IMG/VR virus record: IMGVR_UViG_3300017658_000232
Location: 1 to 51,062 of that record
Direction: 5' to 3' (one strand)
From: a virus
Taxonomy: Duplodnaviria; Caudoviricetes
DNA: 51,062 bases
In this document: positions 38,036-47,084 of the stretch, piece after piece
How positions within the stretch are numbered: the first letter of the stretch is position 1
Layout: each line of letters starts with the position of its first letter
Position numbers and translations under genes: made by a program
Notes under the pieces: model-generated
What the model saw: only the letters and a program-made list of their open reading frames with translations
Databases searched by the model: none
What the model was told of the DNA's origin: nothing

Positions 38036-38440
38036 TTTAGTTACCTTTATTTTACCCTATTTGGCTCTAATTCGCTTTATTTTTGAACAGTTCAACTTAA
38101 ATATTATTGAATGCGTAAAATTATTTTACCAAAATCGTAAACCTGCATTATTCAATCCTACTCAAACAATTTACTACCTGATTACTTTAACACCACCATT
38201 TTTTATATTTACTTGTTAATGAATAGCTATCCTTGACTAATTAAATATGCTCCGATTATCCTCCTCTTCCTTCTCTAGGTTCTAATGAATTTACCGAATC
38301 AATTAGAATCGTGAAAAAAACTCATTTTTTTATTTGTTCATAACTTTTTCATTTAATACATCGATGTACGATAATTACTGTATATATTCAGCTTGTTTAG
38401 AGAAGATAAAAATACAGTATATTTTAGGAGGTGCAATATT

Positions 38441-38605
38441 ATGAACAAGGATAATCCTCTTTTAGGATTTGGTATATTGACAGTTCTTTTAACAACAGTG
38501 TATACAGCTATCTTAGCTTCACAACTCATGGCAACTAAACATAAGGTAGATTACCTTTACTTTAAAGATAAATTTAGTAACAAAAATTCAAATCACCCAT
38601 CCTAA
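38441..38605 (+). CDS. Small single-TM protein (moron)
   Basis: 54 aa; RBS AGGAGGTG; antisense to the early operon. Confidence 0.65.
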   Translation: MNKDNPLLGFGILTVLLTTVYTAILASQLMATKHKVDYLYFKDKFSNKNSNHPS

Positions 38606-38715
38606 AAACATTTTTTAAGTAAATTGAATTTTTATTTTCCTTTATCCTTTCTACTGCAAAGTTTTTTATTTGGAGTTCATACAATGACAAGGTATTGTAA
38701 GTTACAAGTGTCAGA

Positions 38716-38948
38716 TTGTTGTCTACTCAACACTGACACTTGTATCAACCATCCCCTACAATCCGTACAAGCTTTTATTTATAATTTATCCCATAGATTT
38801 AGCAGCCTAAATAAGCTAACTTTCCCTAAAGTGAATGCGGCGGCTTTGTCCGTTAACCGTCTGGATCACTGTTTCGCCATGGTTTACTGCTTCACAAGAT
38901 GAAGCAGTGCCTTTGTTTCCGTTCTGGGCTAGAATCTTTATTTTTCCT
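38716..38948 (-). pseudogene. Degenerate duplicate of the xtrA 3' part plus downstream non-coding sequence
   Basis: Aligns with 41272-41502; lacks the 5' end and has a GAG>TAG stop. Confidence 0.85.
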
Positions 38949-39017
38949 ATTTGGCTTTAATTGGCATTATTTATGAAAAGTTTAATCTAATTATTTTGGA
39001 TGCGTAGAATTTAATAG

Positions 39018-39437
39018 TTAGAATGGCAAATCATCATCTTTTAAATCCATCTGCCCACTATTCGCAAATGGATCTTCATCCATTCTCCTATACTCTTGAT
39101 TATTGGACTGCTGATTATTTTTTGGCTCCAAAAACTGGACTGATTCCACAAGTACTTCTGTTACATAGACCCGTTTGCCATCTTGTCCCTCATAAGAACG
39201 TGTTTGTATTCTTCCATCCACTCCAGCAAGACTTCCTTTATGTAAAAAATTCGCTACATTTTCTGCTGGCTTCCTCCAGATTACACAATTAATAAAATCA
39301 GCTTCCCTTTCCCCTCTCTGATTGGTAAATGTTCTATTCACTGCAAGAGTAAAACTTGCTACTGCTACTCCATTTGGTGTATATCTTAATTCTGGTTCCT
39401 TTGTTAAACGGCCAACTAAAACGACTCGGTTCATCAT
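39018..39437 (-). CDS. ssb: Single-stranded DNA-binding protein
   Basis: [19 protein letters not shown]...DDDLPF. Confidence 0.96.
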   Translation of the reverse strand: MMNRVVLVGRLTKEPELRYTPNGVAVASFTLAVNRTFTNQRGEREADFINCVIWRKPAENVANFLHKGSLAGVDGRIQTRSYEGQDGKRVYVTEVLVESVQFLEPKNNQQSNNQEYRRMDEDPFANSGQMDLKDDDLPF

Positions 39438-39991
39438 AAATCTATCTCTCCTTTTAGCTAATACAATTTTTATCTGACAAGCACATTTATTTACAGTTTT
39501 AAACACTTATGGTATTTTTATATTGTCGAAACACATTGTGTCCAATGGAATTGGCTTACCATTGCTGATGATGACTGGCTTCTTGATTATTTTATTTTTT
39601 CTTATTTCCTTTTTCTTTGATTTTCGGGGAGTGAAGCTTATGGAAAATTTAAGTATGTTTTTAAATTCTGTATATTCTACTATTGCTAGCATCATCTCAA
39701 TAAAAGTAGCCCTTTCTTCTTATAGGTTTAACCTACTGATGATCTTGTGAAATCCAAGTGAAAAGAAGAATGTATATTAAACAATAATTAATAATCAATT
39801 TTCCTGCCAAGGTTGGGTTCAAATCCTGAACTCTCCTCCCATATATTAAGAAACTGGTCCTTTACTGTATTAGTTTCTGCTTTAATATCTGCAAACATTG
39901 CAAATCTTTTAAATTTGCTTGTTTTATCAAAGGTGTTGTGGTTAATGATTAATATCATTCCTGTTTTACTGATTGTAATATTATTGATAAT

Positions 39992-40095
39992 GGGCTCTGC
40001 GGGCCATCAAAGGATGGAGAGTTAGTGTAGTGGTTGCACGGGCAGCAGTGCCCGCAGAGCAGTTATCCATGAAAAGCGCATATAGCGCTTTTTTT
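39992..40095 (+). ncRNA. Candidate structured small RNA with own terminator
   Basis: GC-rich island; 11-bp closing stem GCTCTGCGGGC/GCCCGCAGAGC, internal hairpins, TATTAT -10-like box upstream, AAAAGCGC-ATATA-GCGCTTTTTTT terminator. Confidence 0.5.
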
Positions 40096-40211
40096 GTTAT
40101 ATCATTCCTTTTCCTTCCTTCTTTTCTATTACATAATTGTTACCGGTTATCCAATCTTTACTAGGACTTAATCCACAAACTTTAAGAAGTCGACAATTTC
40201 AAGAAAATCCC

Positions 40212-40445
40212 CTATTTAATCCCCATTACTACATATCCGTCTTGCTGAGCAAAATCAGTTATATACGTGATCTTCCTATCTAGAACTCTTCCAGTAAATC
40301 CTTTGTTCGGTATAAACTCTTGAAGTAGCAGCAGATCCCCAACTTGATAATCACGATCATTTTTTCTTATTTCAAAATTCTTTCTTCCATCTGCAACAGC
40401 AGCAAAATATTCTGGCCATAATTTTAACTTGTGGATATTAGACAA
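40212..40445 (-). CDS. ASCH/DUF3850-domain protein
   Basis: HKLK.WPEYF.AV..G.K.FEIRKNDRDYQVGD.L.L.E motif. Confidence 0.88.
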   Translation of the reverse strand: MSNIHKLKLWPEYFAAVADGRKNFEIRKNDRDYQVGDLLLLQEFIPNKGFTGRVLDRKITYITDFAQQDGYVVMGIK

Positions 40446-40569
40446 TTGGTTCTCCTCCTTACGATTGGATACTGGGCTTTTTCTTACCCTCTTTTTATTC
40501 ACTTAGGGCCACTACAGTGACAAGCCATTATAGATTACTAGCGTCACCGTTGTTTCGACTATGAAACAA

Positions 40570-40764
40570 TTATTTAATCAAATCTAATATTTCATAAGAT
40601 TGGATTGCTCTTTCATCACCGTTGCAATCAATACAAAAACTTTTAATGTTTTCAACATTAACCATTGCTGTGTAGGCTAATCCCATAGCTTCTTTTTGTT
40701 CATCCGTCCAATTTGCCCAAGCTAACCCAGTCTTAATGATCTCTTTCGCTTCTTTAATTTCCAT
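40570..40764 (-). CDS. Hypothetical protein
   Basis: 64 aa; RBS AAGGAGG. Confidence 0.65.
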   Translation of the reverse strand: MEIKEAKEIIKTGLAWANWTDEQKEAMGLAYTAMVNVENIKSFCIDCNGDERAIQSYEILDLIK

Positions 40765-40799
40765 AGTCGCCCCTCCTTCGCAATATTTTGTATGGTGCA

Positions 40800-41252
40800 T
40801 TACTTCATAAAGACTAACCAATGTGTTTTACTTCTCTTATTTCCAAACAGTGGTTTTTGGCCAAAACATTTTAATACTTCTCTTAATGGTATTTGGTCTT
40901 CATTCCACTTGAAAATAAGCGTTCCATTTGGCTTTAAAACTCTCATACATTCATCAAATCCAGCAGCAATATCTTTTGACCAATTTTCATCTAACTTCCC
41001 ATATTTTTTGGACAACCAAGAATCTTCCCCGGCCTTTAATAAATGTGGTGGATCAAAGACAACTAAGTAAAAACTTTCATCATCAAATGGCATATTGCGG
41101 AAATCTCCTACGACATCTAGTTTAATTATTAATTTTCGCCCATCGCATAATTTTGTTTCTAATTCTCGTTTATCCATGAAAATGGTGTCTTCATTTTCTT
41201 TATCAAACCAAAACATCTTGCTCCCACAACATGCATCTAAAATCTTGGCCAA
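40800..41252 (-). CDS. Class I SAM-dependent methyltransferase (probable DNA amino-MTase)
   Basis: ILDACCGS SAM motif and VFDPPH catalytic motif. Confidence 0.88.
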   Translation of the reverse strand: MAKILDACCGSKMFWFDKENEDTIFMDKRELETKLCDGRKLIIKLDVVGDFRNMPFDDESFYLVVFDPPHLLKAGEDSWLSKKYGKLDENWSKDIAAGFDECMRVLKPNGTLIFKWNEDQIPLREVLKCFGQKPLFGNKRSKTHWLVFMK

Positions 41253-41360
41253 CTTTATTCCTCCTTCGTAGTTGTTGTCTACTCAGCATTTACTCGTACC
41301 AACCATCCCCTACAATCGGTACAAGCTTTTATTTATAATTTATTTTATAGATTCAGCTGC

Positions 41361-41573
41361 CTAAATAAGCTCGCTTTCCCTAAAGTGAATGCGGCGGCTT
41401 TGCCCGTTAACCGTCTCAATCACTGTTTCGCCGTGGTTTACTGCTTCACAAGATGCGGCAGTGCCTTTGTTTCCGTCCAGGACAAGAATTTTTATTTTTC
41501 CTGGTTCTATCATTTCTTGAATGGACATATCTTGGTTAATGATAATTTCTTTTGTTCTTTTCACATTGAACAC
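41361..41573 (-). CDS. xtrA: XtrA/YqaO-family protein
   Basis: IEPGKIKILVLDGNKG...HGETVIET..G...RI.F.E motif. Confidence 0.8.
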   Translation of the reverse strand: MFNVKRTKEIIINQDMSIQEMIEPGKIKILVLDGNKGTAASCEAVNHGETVIETVNGQSRRIHFRESELI

Positions 41574-41583
41574 TCCAATTTTG

Positions 41584-41904
41584 TTATAATGATGGTATGT
41601 TCAAATCGCTGTTTGGCCGGGCTTCCGTATGCTCGGTCTTTTTTCTGTCGATTAAATTTGGATAATGCGTTTCCCAGCGCCTTTTCCATTCAGTTTGTGC
41701 TTTTTTGCTGCCTTTTGCACAGCTTTTGTATAGATCGTAAAGTGACATTGTTTGATAGTTTGGTAGGCAGCATGCTGCACTCTTCTCACCCTCCTCTTGA
41801 AAAAGATCATGTGCCTTTTCGCATACTTCTGAGCAAAATAAGTAGTCATCACTAGCTGCTAAAGTAAATGTTTCACCGCAACAGCTGCACTGGCTGTACA
41901 ACAT
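41584..41904 (-). CDS. Hypothetical protein with N-terminal CxxC/FCSxxC zinc finger
   Basis: CSCCGETF..LFCSEVC; RBS AGGAGG. Confidence 0.7.
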   Translation of the reverse strand: MLYSQCSCCGETFTLAASDDYLFCSEVCEKAHDLFQEEGEKSAACCLPNYQTMSLYDLYKSCAKGSKKAQTEWKRRWETHYPNLIDRKKTEHTEARPNSDLNIPSL

Positions 41905-41997
41905 GATTTAACCTCCTACAAATTTCAGCAAGGGCTTCATAACGGTGTTCGTTTGAATATCTTGCTAAATAATAGAGTTGACCAAGCGTTAATCCTT

Positions 41998-42186
41998 TCA
42001 TCGTACTTGCTCCATCACCACTTTTCTGGCCTGCTTCACCTGCTGTTGTATGTATAGCCGCTCCAGTTCTCCTAGCTTCGCTTCATACAGCTGTCTGCCA
42101 TCGGCTAATTTGGTAATGCCGAAGTAAATTAACTCACTGATAACAAAATCTTTCCGCTCCTCAACAATCGATTCTCTATTGGCCAT
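41998..42186 (-). CDS. FbpA (Fur-regulated basic protein A)-family protein
   Basis: RKDFVISELI..G..K..DGRQLYE..L.ELE motif. Confidence 0.75.
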   Translation of the reverse strand: MANRESIVEERKDFVISELIYFGITKLADGRQLYEAKLGELERLYIQQQVKQARKVVMEQVR

Positions 42187-42188
42187 TG

Positions 42189-43253
42189 TTAGCTTCTTAA
42201 CCCCTTTATCATTTCTTCTAGTTCTTGCTTTTCTTCTTCAAAATTCTTTACTGGCTGCTCCTGCGGTAATGTTTCATAATTAGGCATATTAAAATAATCC
42301 GGTATTTTTTCCGTCCGAATTGCTTTTCTTTGCTGAGGAACAACCTGCTTCTTCGAGCGCTGTTCTCTGTACTGCGCAGTTAAAGCTTCTGCCTGCTCCA
42401 CTGTTTGAATTTTTTTATCTGCCCAGTTACGCAATATCGTTTCTACATACACGAAGTTTTTAGCTCCTCGTTCTACAGCCATCTCCATTGCTTTCACTAC
42501 AAGCTCGTCACTAAGATCTTGACACCACATATCAATCTTTTCGTCGATATGACCTCCAATTGTGCCAAAGCCATTTTGTTCGAAAAATTTAAATGGATTT
42601 ACTTTTGCACATGGCGCGCCTTCTTCTACTTCTTCTTCTAAGATCTCTGAAGTAATCTCTGTAGTAATCTCTGGTATTGCTCTTTCTTTTTCGCCCTTTC
42701 TAGCTTCCTTTTCGACCGTTCTATTTTCTTTTTCGCCCTTTGTATTTTCTTTTTCACCGTTCGAGTTTTCTTTAGGAAAATTCGTATTTTCCTTTTCGTC
42801 AAGAACAACCGGCAATGGATAGCCGTCTAAGTTGTAGCCTAATTTATTCAAATCCAGTTGAATTTTAAGGATGTTCACACGATACTGCAGCGTGCGATCC
42901 ATCTTTAATTTTGGATTACGTCTTTCATCCAGCCAGCCATTGGCAACAAGCACCTTTAAATATTCGCGCATCGCTTTAGGCTTCACATTAATCATCGTTT
43001 CAGCAGCTAAATCCTCTGCTTTTTTATAAATCCAGCCATGGCTTTCTAGTAGATTGACAGACAGCACCTCTGCATCTCTAGCGTTATCTGCATACTTTTG
43101 TAGACGCTCCACCTCTTCTTGCACAAAGCTTTCTACATCCTCTTTACGTTCAGACCAATAAATCATTTGATTCAAAACAATCGCAAGCTTAAAATCACCC
43201 GTTAGCTCCACTAGTTCTTCTTTGATGATGACCCTTTTTGTTTTGGTTGCCAC
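42189..43253 (-). CDS. Phage replication initiator with C-terminal DnaD domain
   Basis: N-terminal wHTH-like region; NPFKFFEQN, AMEMAV..YVETILRNW DnaD/DnaB_2 motif; GTG start after RBS GAGGAG. Confidence 0.88.
   Translation of the reverse strand: MATKTKRVIIKEELVELTGDFKLAIVLNQMIYWSERKEDVESFVQEEVERLQKYADNARDAEVLSVNLLESHGWIYKKAEDLAAETMINVKPKAMREYLKVLVANGWLDERRNPKLKMDRTLQYRVNILKIQLDLNKLGYNLDGYPLPVVLDEKENTNFPKENSNGEKENTKGEKENRTVEKEARKGEKERAIPEITTEITSEILEEEVEEGAPCAKVNPFKFFEQNGFGTIGGHIDEKIDMWCQDLSDELVVKAMEMAVERGAKNFVYVETILRNWADKKIQTVEQAEALTAQYREQRSKKQVVPQQRKAIRTEKIPDYFNMPNYETLPQEQPVKNFEEEKQELEEMIKGLRS
42680..42800. repeat. Six 21-bp iterons inside the initiator gene (putative phage origin)
   Basis: TTC(T/C)TTTTCG-like units at 42684, 42705, 42726, 42747, 42768, 42789. 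Confidence 0.75.
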
Positions 43254-43428
43254 TAGTTTCTCTCCTCTCGAATACTTCACATATCGCCAATCCATTTTCT
43301 ACCGCAATTACTTTATAACCGTCATAACGTTTCATATACGCTTGTACTTTTTCCGCAAAATTTGATTGCCCCTCTGCCTCCAGAATATCTGCTGGTAAAA
43401 CGACTTTAGATTGTTTTACCTTTAACAA
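43195..43428 (-). CDS. Hypothetical protein
   Basis: 77-aa ORF in the early operon. Confidence 0.65.
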   Translation of the reverse strand: MLKVKQSKVVLPADILEAEGQSNFAEKVQAYMKRYDGYKVIAVENGLAICEVFERRETSGNQNKKGHHQRRTSGANG

Positions 43429-43601
43429 GCAGGATCACCAATAAAAACATGAATTTTTTGTTTTATGCCTTCTAATACCTCTGCTTTTATTTCTTCCGCC
43501 TCTGCCTTCGCTTCTGTAAGGCTCATAGCAAAAATAAAAGCTTGATAGATATCTTGATAGGCTCCCTTTACCCTAATAGCAAAATCTACTTGATAAAGCA
43601 T
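43422..43601 (-). CDS. Hypothetical protein (59 aa)
   Basis: Manual translation MLYQVDFAIRVKGAYQDIYQAFIFAMSLTEAK...GDPAC*; fills the operon gap. Confidence 0.7.
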   Translation of the reverse strand: MLYQVDFAIRVKGAYQDIYQAFIFAMSLTEAKAEAEEIKAEVLEGIKQKIHVFIGDPAC

Positions 43602-43615
43602 GTTTCCACCTACCT

Positions 43616-43990
43616 TTAAGAGACTTGTTCCTTCTTTTTCCTACGCAATTGCTTGATCTTTAAACTTACAGAACTTAAAGAACGATTCAATCTATTCGCT
43701 AAATGCGTAAGCGAATATAAGTCCATATGATGCAACAAATAAAACTCTTCTTCCGGTGTAAATCTGCCTTTATGAAATTTTTTTATTGGCTGCTCTTTTG
43801 CTGGCTGTGCCTTTTCTTCTTCCTTTGTTTCTATCTTTGCTTGCAGCTGCTGCATATTTTTACCGAATGTACAAAACCGGTGACACATGCTATTGAACTG
43901 ATTATCTTTTCGATACATGCAATTGCCACATTCCTCATTCAAAATTTGAATAATCTGCAGGCGGATTTTCCGCTTCTCCTTGCGATCCAA
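43616..43990 (-). CDS. Zinc-finger protein with C-terminal Myb/HTH-like segment
   Basis: CGNC...CHRFC.FGK; GRFTPEEEFYL..LANRLNRS; TTG start after AAAGGAGG. Confidence 0.7.
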   Translation of the reverse strand: MDRKEKRKIRLQIIQILNEECGNCMYRKDNQFNSMCHRFCTFGKNMQQLQAKIETKEEEKAQPAKEQPIKKFHKGRFTPEEEFYLLHHMDLYSLTHLANRLNRSLSSVSLKIKQLRRKKKEQVS

Positions 43991-44130
43991 GGTGATACCT
44001 CCTTTTGTGTAATCGGTGCGCACCGTAATGGCTAGGAAAGAATAATTCCTAACCATTACGACAAGCCCGATTAAGCACTTGCCGTCCACTATAATTCGTG
44101 GTATTTTTTATATAGGCGTATAAGGATTTG

Positions 44131-44481
44131 TTAAGCAGTTAATGTTCCCGCATTAGCTGCTTTTTCCTTTTTCACTTTAGGCCCATTTTCCATTTGAAAT
44201 TTAATTCGAATGATTTCAATTCCCTCAGCTGCTGCACGGTATAATTTGGACTTTTCTATTTCCTCTCGTTTGGACAGGTACTTTGCATATTTGTTCATAG
44301 ACTGTGCGAGATAAATCATTTCCATGCCATCCAGTTCCACTACATGATCCATCTGGTTCACTTTGTTAAAGGCAATATCAAATAACTTTTTGTTCATCCC
44401 CTGCAATGTAGAACGCTTGAATTGCATGGCTGTTTTAATCATTTCTTGTTGTCCAGAAGAAAGAACAATTGGCTGCTTCAT
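44131..44481 (-). CDS. Hypothetical protein
   Basis: 116-aa ORF in the early operon. Confidence 0.7.
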   Translation of the reverse strand: MKQPIVLSSGQQEMIKTAMQFKRSTLQGMNKKLFDIAFNKVNQMDHVVELDGMEMIYLAQSMNKYAKYLSKREEIEKSKLYRAAAEGIEIIRIKFQMENGPKVKKEKAANAGTLTA

Positions 44482-44831
44482 TTTACTGACTCCTCTTTCG
44501 GTATACTTTTTAAATAAAACTGTTTTAACCGGGAAAAATGCTTCATTTGAAACTCTGATACTCCTGCATGATATTTAATAGAGTTACAGATAATGTCATC
44601 TACTGTTCCTTCAAAATAATCAAACTCTCTATAAGTAAAGCAACTCATACTATCTCCAAGGTCCACACTGAACAAAAGTGCTACCCTTGTTATTGCATTT
44701 CCTGTAATATGAAAAGCTACTAATTTAATGCTTCCATCTTCTTTTAATAACGTATTTACTTTTGCTAATACCTTTCCATCACCAACTAATTCCAACGCGC
44801 TTATATCAGAAGCTAAATAATAGTTCATCAT
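44478..44831 (-). CDS. Hypothetical protein
   Basis: Coupled to neighbours; RBS AAGGGG. Confidence 0.65.
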   Translation of the reverse strand: MMNYYLASDISALELVGDGKVLAKVNTLLKEDGSIKLVAFHITGNAITRVALLFSVDLGDSMSCFTYREFDYFEGTVDDIICNSIKYHAGVSEFQMKHFSRLKQFYLKSIPKEESVK

Positions 44832-45103
44832 ATTCCCCTTTCTAATAACCACTTTAGTAAAAATGCTTTTGCCTCTTCTGCAGGAAAATACCATTTATTG
44901 CCCACTTTATATTTTGGAAATCGTGGATCAAAGAAAAACTCTTTTTGAATCGTATTCCAGCACATGCAAGTTCTTCTTTTTAATTCATTGGCATCCCAAA
45001 AGACCAATTCAGCATCGACTTCTGATATTTTTTCTTTCAGCTTTTCTATATACAGTTGTTTTACTTCTTCTTTATCAATTTGAATACTTAGCATTTCTTC
45101 CAC
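44828..45103 (-). CDS. Excisionase/AlpA-like winged-helix protein
   Basis: WDANELKRRTCM.W.TI...FF.DPRFPK.KVG.KWYFP motif. Confidence 0.65.
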   Translation of the reverse strand: MEEMLSIQIDKEEVKQLYIEKLKEKISEVDAELVFWDANELKRRTCMCWNTIQKEFFFDPRFPKYKVGNKWYFPAEEAKAFLLKWLLERGI

Positions 45104-45107
45104 CTCT

Positions 45108-45620
45108 CTACTTATTGAATTTTCGTATTTTCATCGATACATTCCATGCCCGAAAAATATCTTTCATCGAAAATCTGTATTCCTTGCAAATGCATGCCAC
45201 TAAATTAATCATGCTGGCTGCTGCATCTAACACTTCCATCAGAACTTTTTTCATTTCTTCTCGTTCATCAGCAGTTCGGACATTTGCCGGCTTCACCCAG
45301 CAGACGGTATTCAATTGTTCCAAAGCTTCGGCGGTTTCTTTTCTAACTAAGTAATGCATACTGGCTGGGTGCTGATCTATGTACTCACCGTCAAAGTAAG
45401 GAATACTAACCACCCCACTAACTGCTTCCCATGTTTCAAAATAGAATTGTGGATCATCAACAGATTGCGTTACTTCTTGATAAAGTTCCTTTGGCATTTT
45501 TCTTGCTCCTGTTTCATATTTGGCAATCGCTTCACGGCTGTAATTTACATCGGCTGCTAAATCCTCCTGCGTCATGCCCTGGCGTTTCCTCGCTTTTGAT
45601 AATAAGTCGCCAATGGCCAT
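45108..45620 (-). CDS. XRE-family HTH protein
   Basis: MTQEDLAADVNYSREAIAKYETG. Confidence 0.85.
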   Translation of the reverse strand: MAIGDLLSKARKRQGMTQEDLAADVNYSREAIAKYETGARKMPKELYQEVTQSVDDPQFYFETWEAVSGVVSIPYFDGEYIDQHPASMHYLVRKETAEALEQLNTVCWVKPANVRTADEREEMKKVLMEVLDAAASMINLVACICKEYRFSMKDIFRAWNVSMKIRKFNK

Positions 45621-45631
45621 CCCATTTCCCC

Positions 45632-45790
45632 CTATTCGTTAAAACCATGTTTATCTAAAAACTCAACTAATTCTTTACTGGCCTCTTGCTTAGAGTATTT
45701 TTCATCTGTCAAAAGATTGTAGGCAATAGATAATATGTCTGTTTTAATCTCTGCTTTATGAAGCATTTCTTGGATTTCTATTTCATTCAA
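45632..45790 (-). CDS. Hypothetical protein (52 aa)
   Basis: Manual translation MNEIEIQEMLHKAEIKTDILSIAYNLL...HGFNE*; RBS GAGGTG. Confidence 0.55.
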   Translation of the reverse strand: MNEIEIQEMLHKAEIKTDILSIAYNLLTDEKYSKQEASKELVEFLDKHGFNE

Positions 45791-45886
45791 TCTCTTCACC
45801 TCTTTATTCTTTTTGTTTGCTTTTATAGGATTATTTCCCTAAACTCAAATAAGTTATCAAATAATTCAAGGAGGAGAATTCTAGTC

Positions 45887-46513
45887 ATGAATTTAGACCT
45901 TATAGTCAGAATAACAACTGTAGTAGTTTCTTTTACCGCTCTTATTGTTTCAATTATTGTTGCTTGGAGTAATCGAAAATCACTACATGTAGAAATAGAT
46001 AAAAATCTTCATGTATTGGATAATGGGGATACATTCTTGTTAGATAAAGATGATTGCTATATACCGTTCGATCAAGGAGTCCTTTCAACTATTGAAGTAG
46101 TAAACCCTTCCCCTAAGGACATTGCATTTTTTGATTTAAGAGCCTTTAATCCAGAAACAAACATCAATATTCACCTAATAACCAAAAGGACCTTGCCATT
46201 AAAGCACAGAGAATCTTCTATATTTAGAAAAGTTAATTTTCCAATGGAAGAAGAAAATATAACTGAATTATCAATACCTGATACAAACTATGGTGTTTTT
46301 AAAGCAAACTCTTTTACTAGATTTCATATAATTATGTTCCCTCCTCACGATTTAAAAGAATTAAACTTAGCTATAAAAGTTGCCATTCGAGCAAAAGTTA
46401 AAGACCAATTTGCTGTAACCGAAAGAAAGAAATTTAAATTTTATGGAGTTACATATGATATTAGTTCCTGGACTGAAGTAATAAAACAACAGCAACAATC
46501 AATGAAAGAATAG
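45887..46513 (+). CDS. N-terminally membrane-anchored hypothetical protein (moron)
   Basis: 208 aa; RBS AAGGAGG; one TM then a beta-rich domain; antisense to the early operon. Confidence 0.7.
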   Translation: MNLDLIVRITTVVVSFTALIVSIIVAWSNRKSLHVEIDKNLHVLDNGDTFLLDKDDCYIPFDQGVLSTIEVVNPSPKDIAFFDLRAFNPETNINIHLITKRTLPLKHRESSIFRKVNFPMEEENITELSIPDTNYGVFKANSFTRFHIIMFPPHDLKELNLAIKVAIRAKVKDQFAVTERKKFKFYGVTYDISSWTEVIKQQQQSMKE

Positions 46514-46665
46514 ATATAAGAAGAATAATAATATTTAGAAAATCCAATTAATTCACCTCGTTTATCTTAAGAAAGTCAATTCCACAGTGAGTTGGCTTTT
46601 TTTAATGTCACAATTTCCTTTTAGAAATGTGACTTAATAGAAAATATACTTATTCCATAACAACG

Positions 46666-46908
46666 TTATCCTTCATTACCTTTTGGTAATTCATTTTCAC
46701 AAGTAAAAACCTGCTCAAAAGTTAAGGTTGTAAAATTTTTTAGTACTCCAGCTATAAATTTACTTCCGGGATTTCTTTTTCCATTAAAAATTCTATTTAC
46801 TGTGCTGTGAGAAACTCCAATTATTTCAGCAAATTCACTCTCTGATAATTCATTTTCTTTTAAATGTTTTCGTAAAAAATCAACTTTTACATATATGTCT
46901 GTGTACAT
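46666..46908 (-). CDS. Cro-like XRE regulator
   Basis: SESEFAEIIGVSHSTVNRIFNG; first gene of the lytic early operon. Confidence 0.88.
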   Translation of the reverse strand: MYTDIYVKVDFLRKHLKENELSESEFAEIIGVSHSTVNRIFNGKRNPGSKFIAGVLKNFTTLTFEQVFTCENELPKGNEG

Positions 46909-46928
46909 TTTAAAATATCACCTCATTT

Positions 46929-47030
46929 TTTACCTTTTGGTAATTACCTTATGGGAATAATATAGCACCTCATTTACCAAATGGCAATACTTTTTGTTAA
47001 ATTCTCCATTTTTTATTTCCTTTTGGTAAT
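46929..47030. promoter_or_regulatory. Immunity-switch operators, consensus ATTACC-N4-GGTAAT
   Basis: Four copies at 46929, 46943, 46973 and 47015; a perfect fifth copy at 46675-46690. Confidence 0.8.
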
Positions 47031-47084
47031 AGTTAGTTTTAATATAAAAGTATTGATAAATATCTATTGATTGGATTGATTTTT

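Noticed and set aside
38060-38150. Degenerate DUF2292/XtrA-like ORF (MQVYDFGKIILRIQ*) before the long terminator
   Set aside because: Only 14 codons; the resemblance is too short to support
39507-39960. Gene upstream of ssb
   Set aside because: Several short frames broken by stops and no recognisable motif; probably decayed DNA
40016-40069. tRNA gene
   Set aside because: D-arm-like segment only; no 7-nt anticodon loop, no TTC T-loop, no matching acceptor strand; kept as an ncRNA candidate
40500-40570. Pistol or hammerhead ribozyme suggested by TTAGGGCCAC and small hairpins
   Set aside because: The required pseudoknot partner and catalytic core sequences are not present
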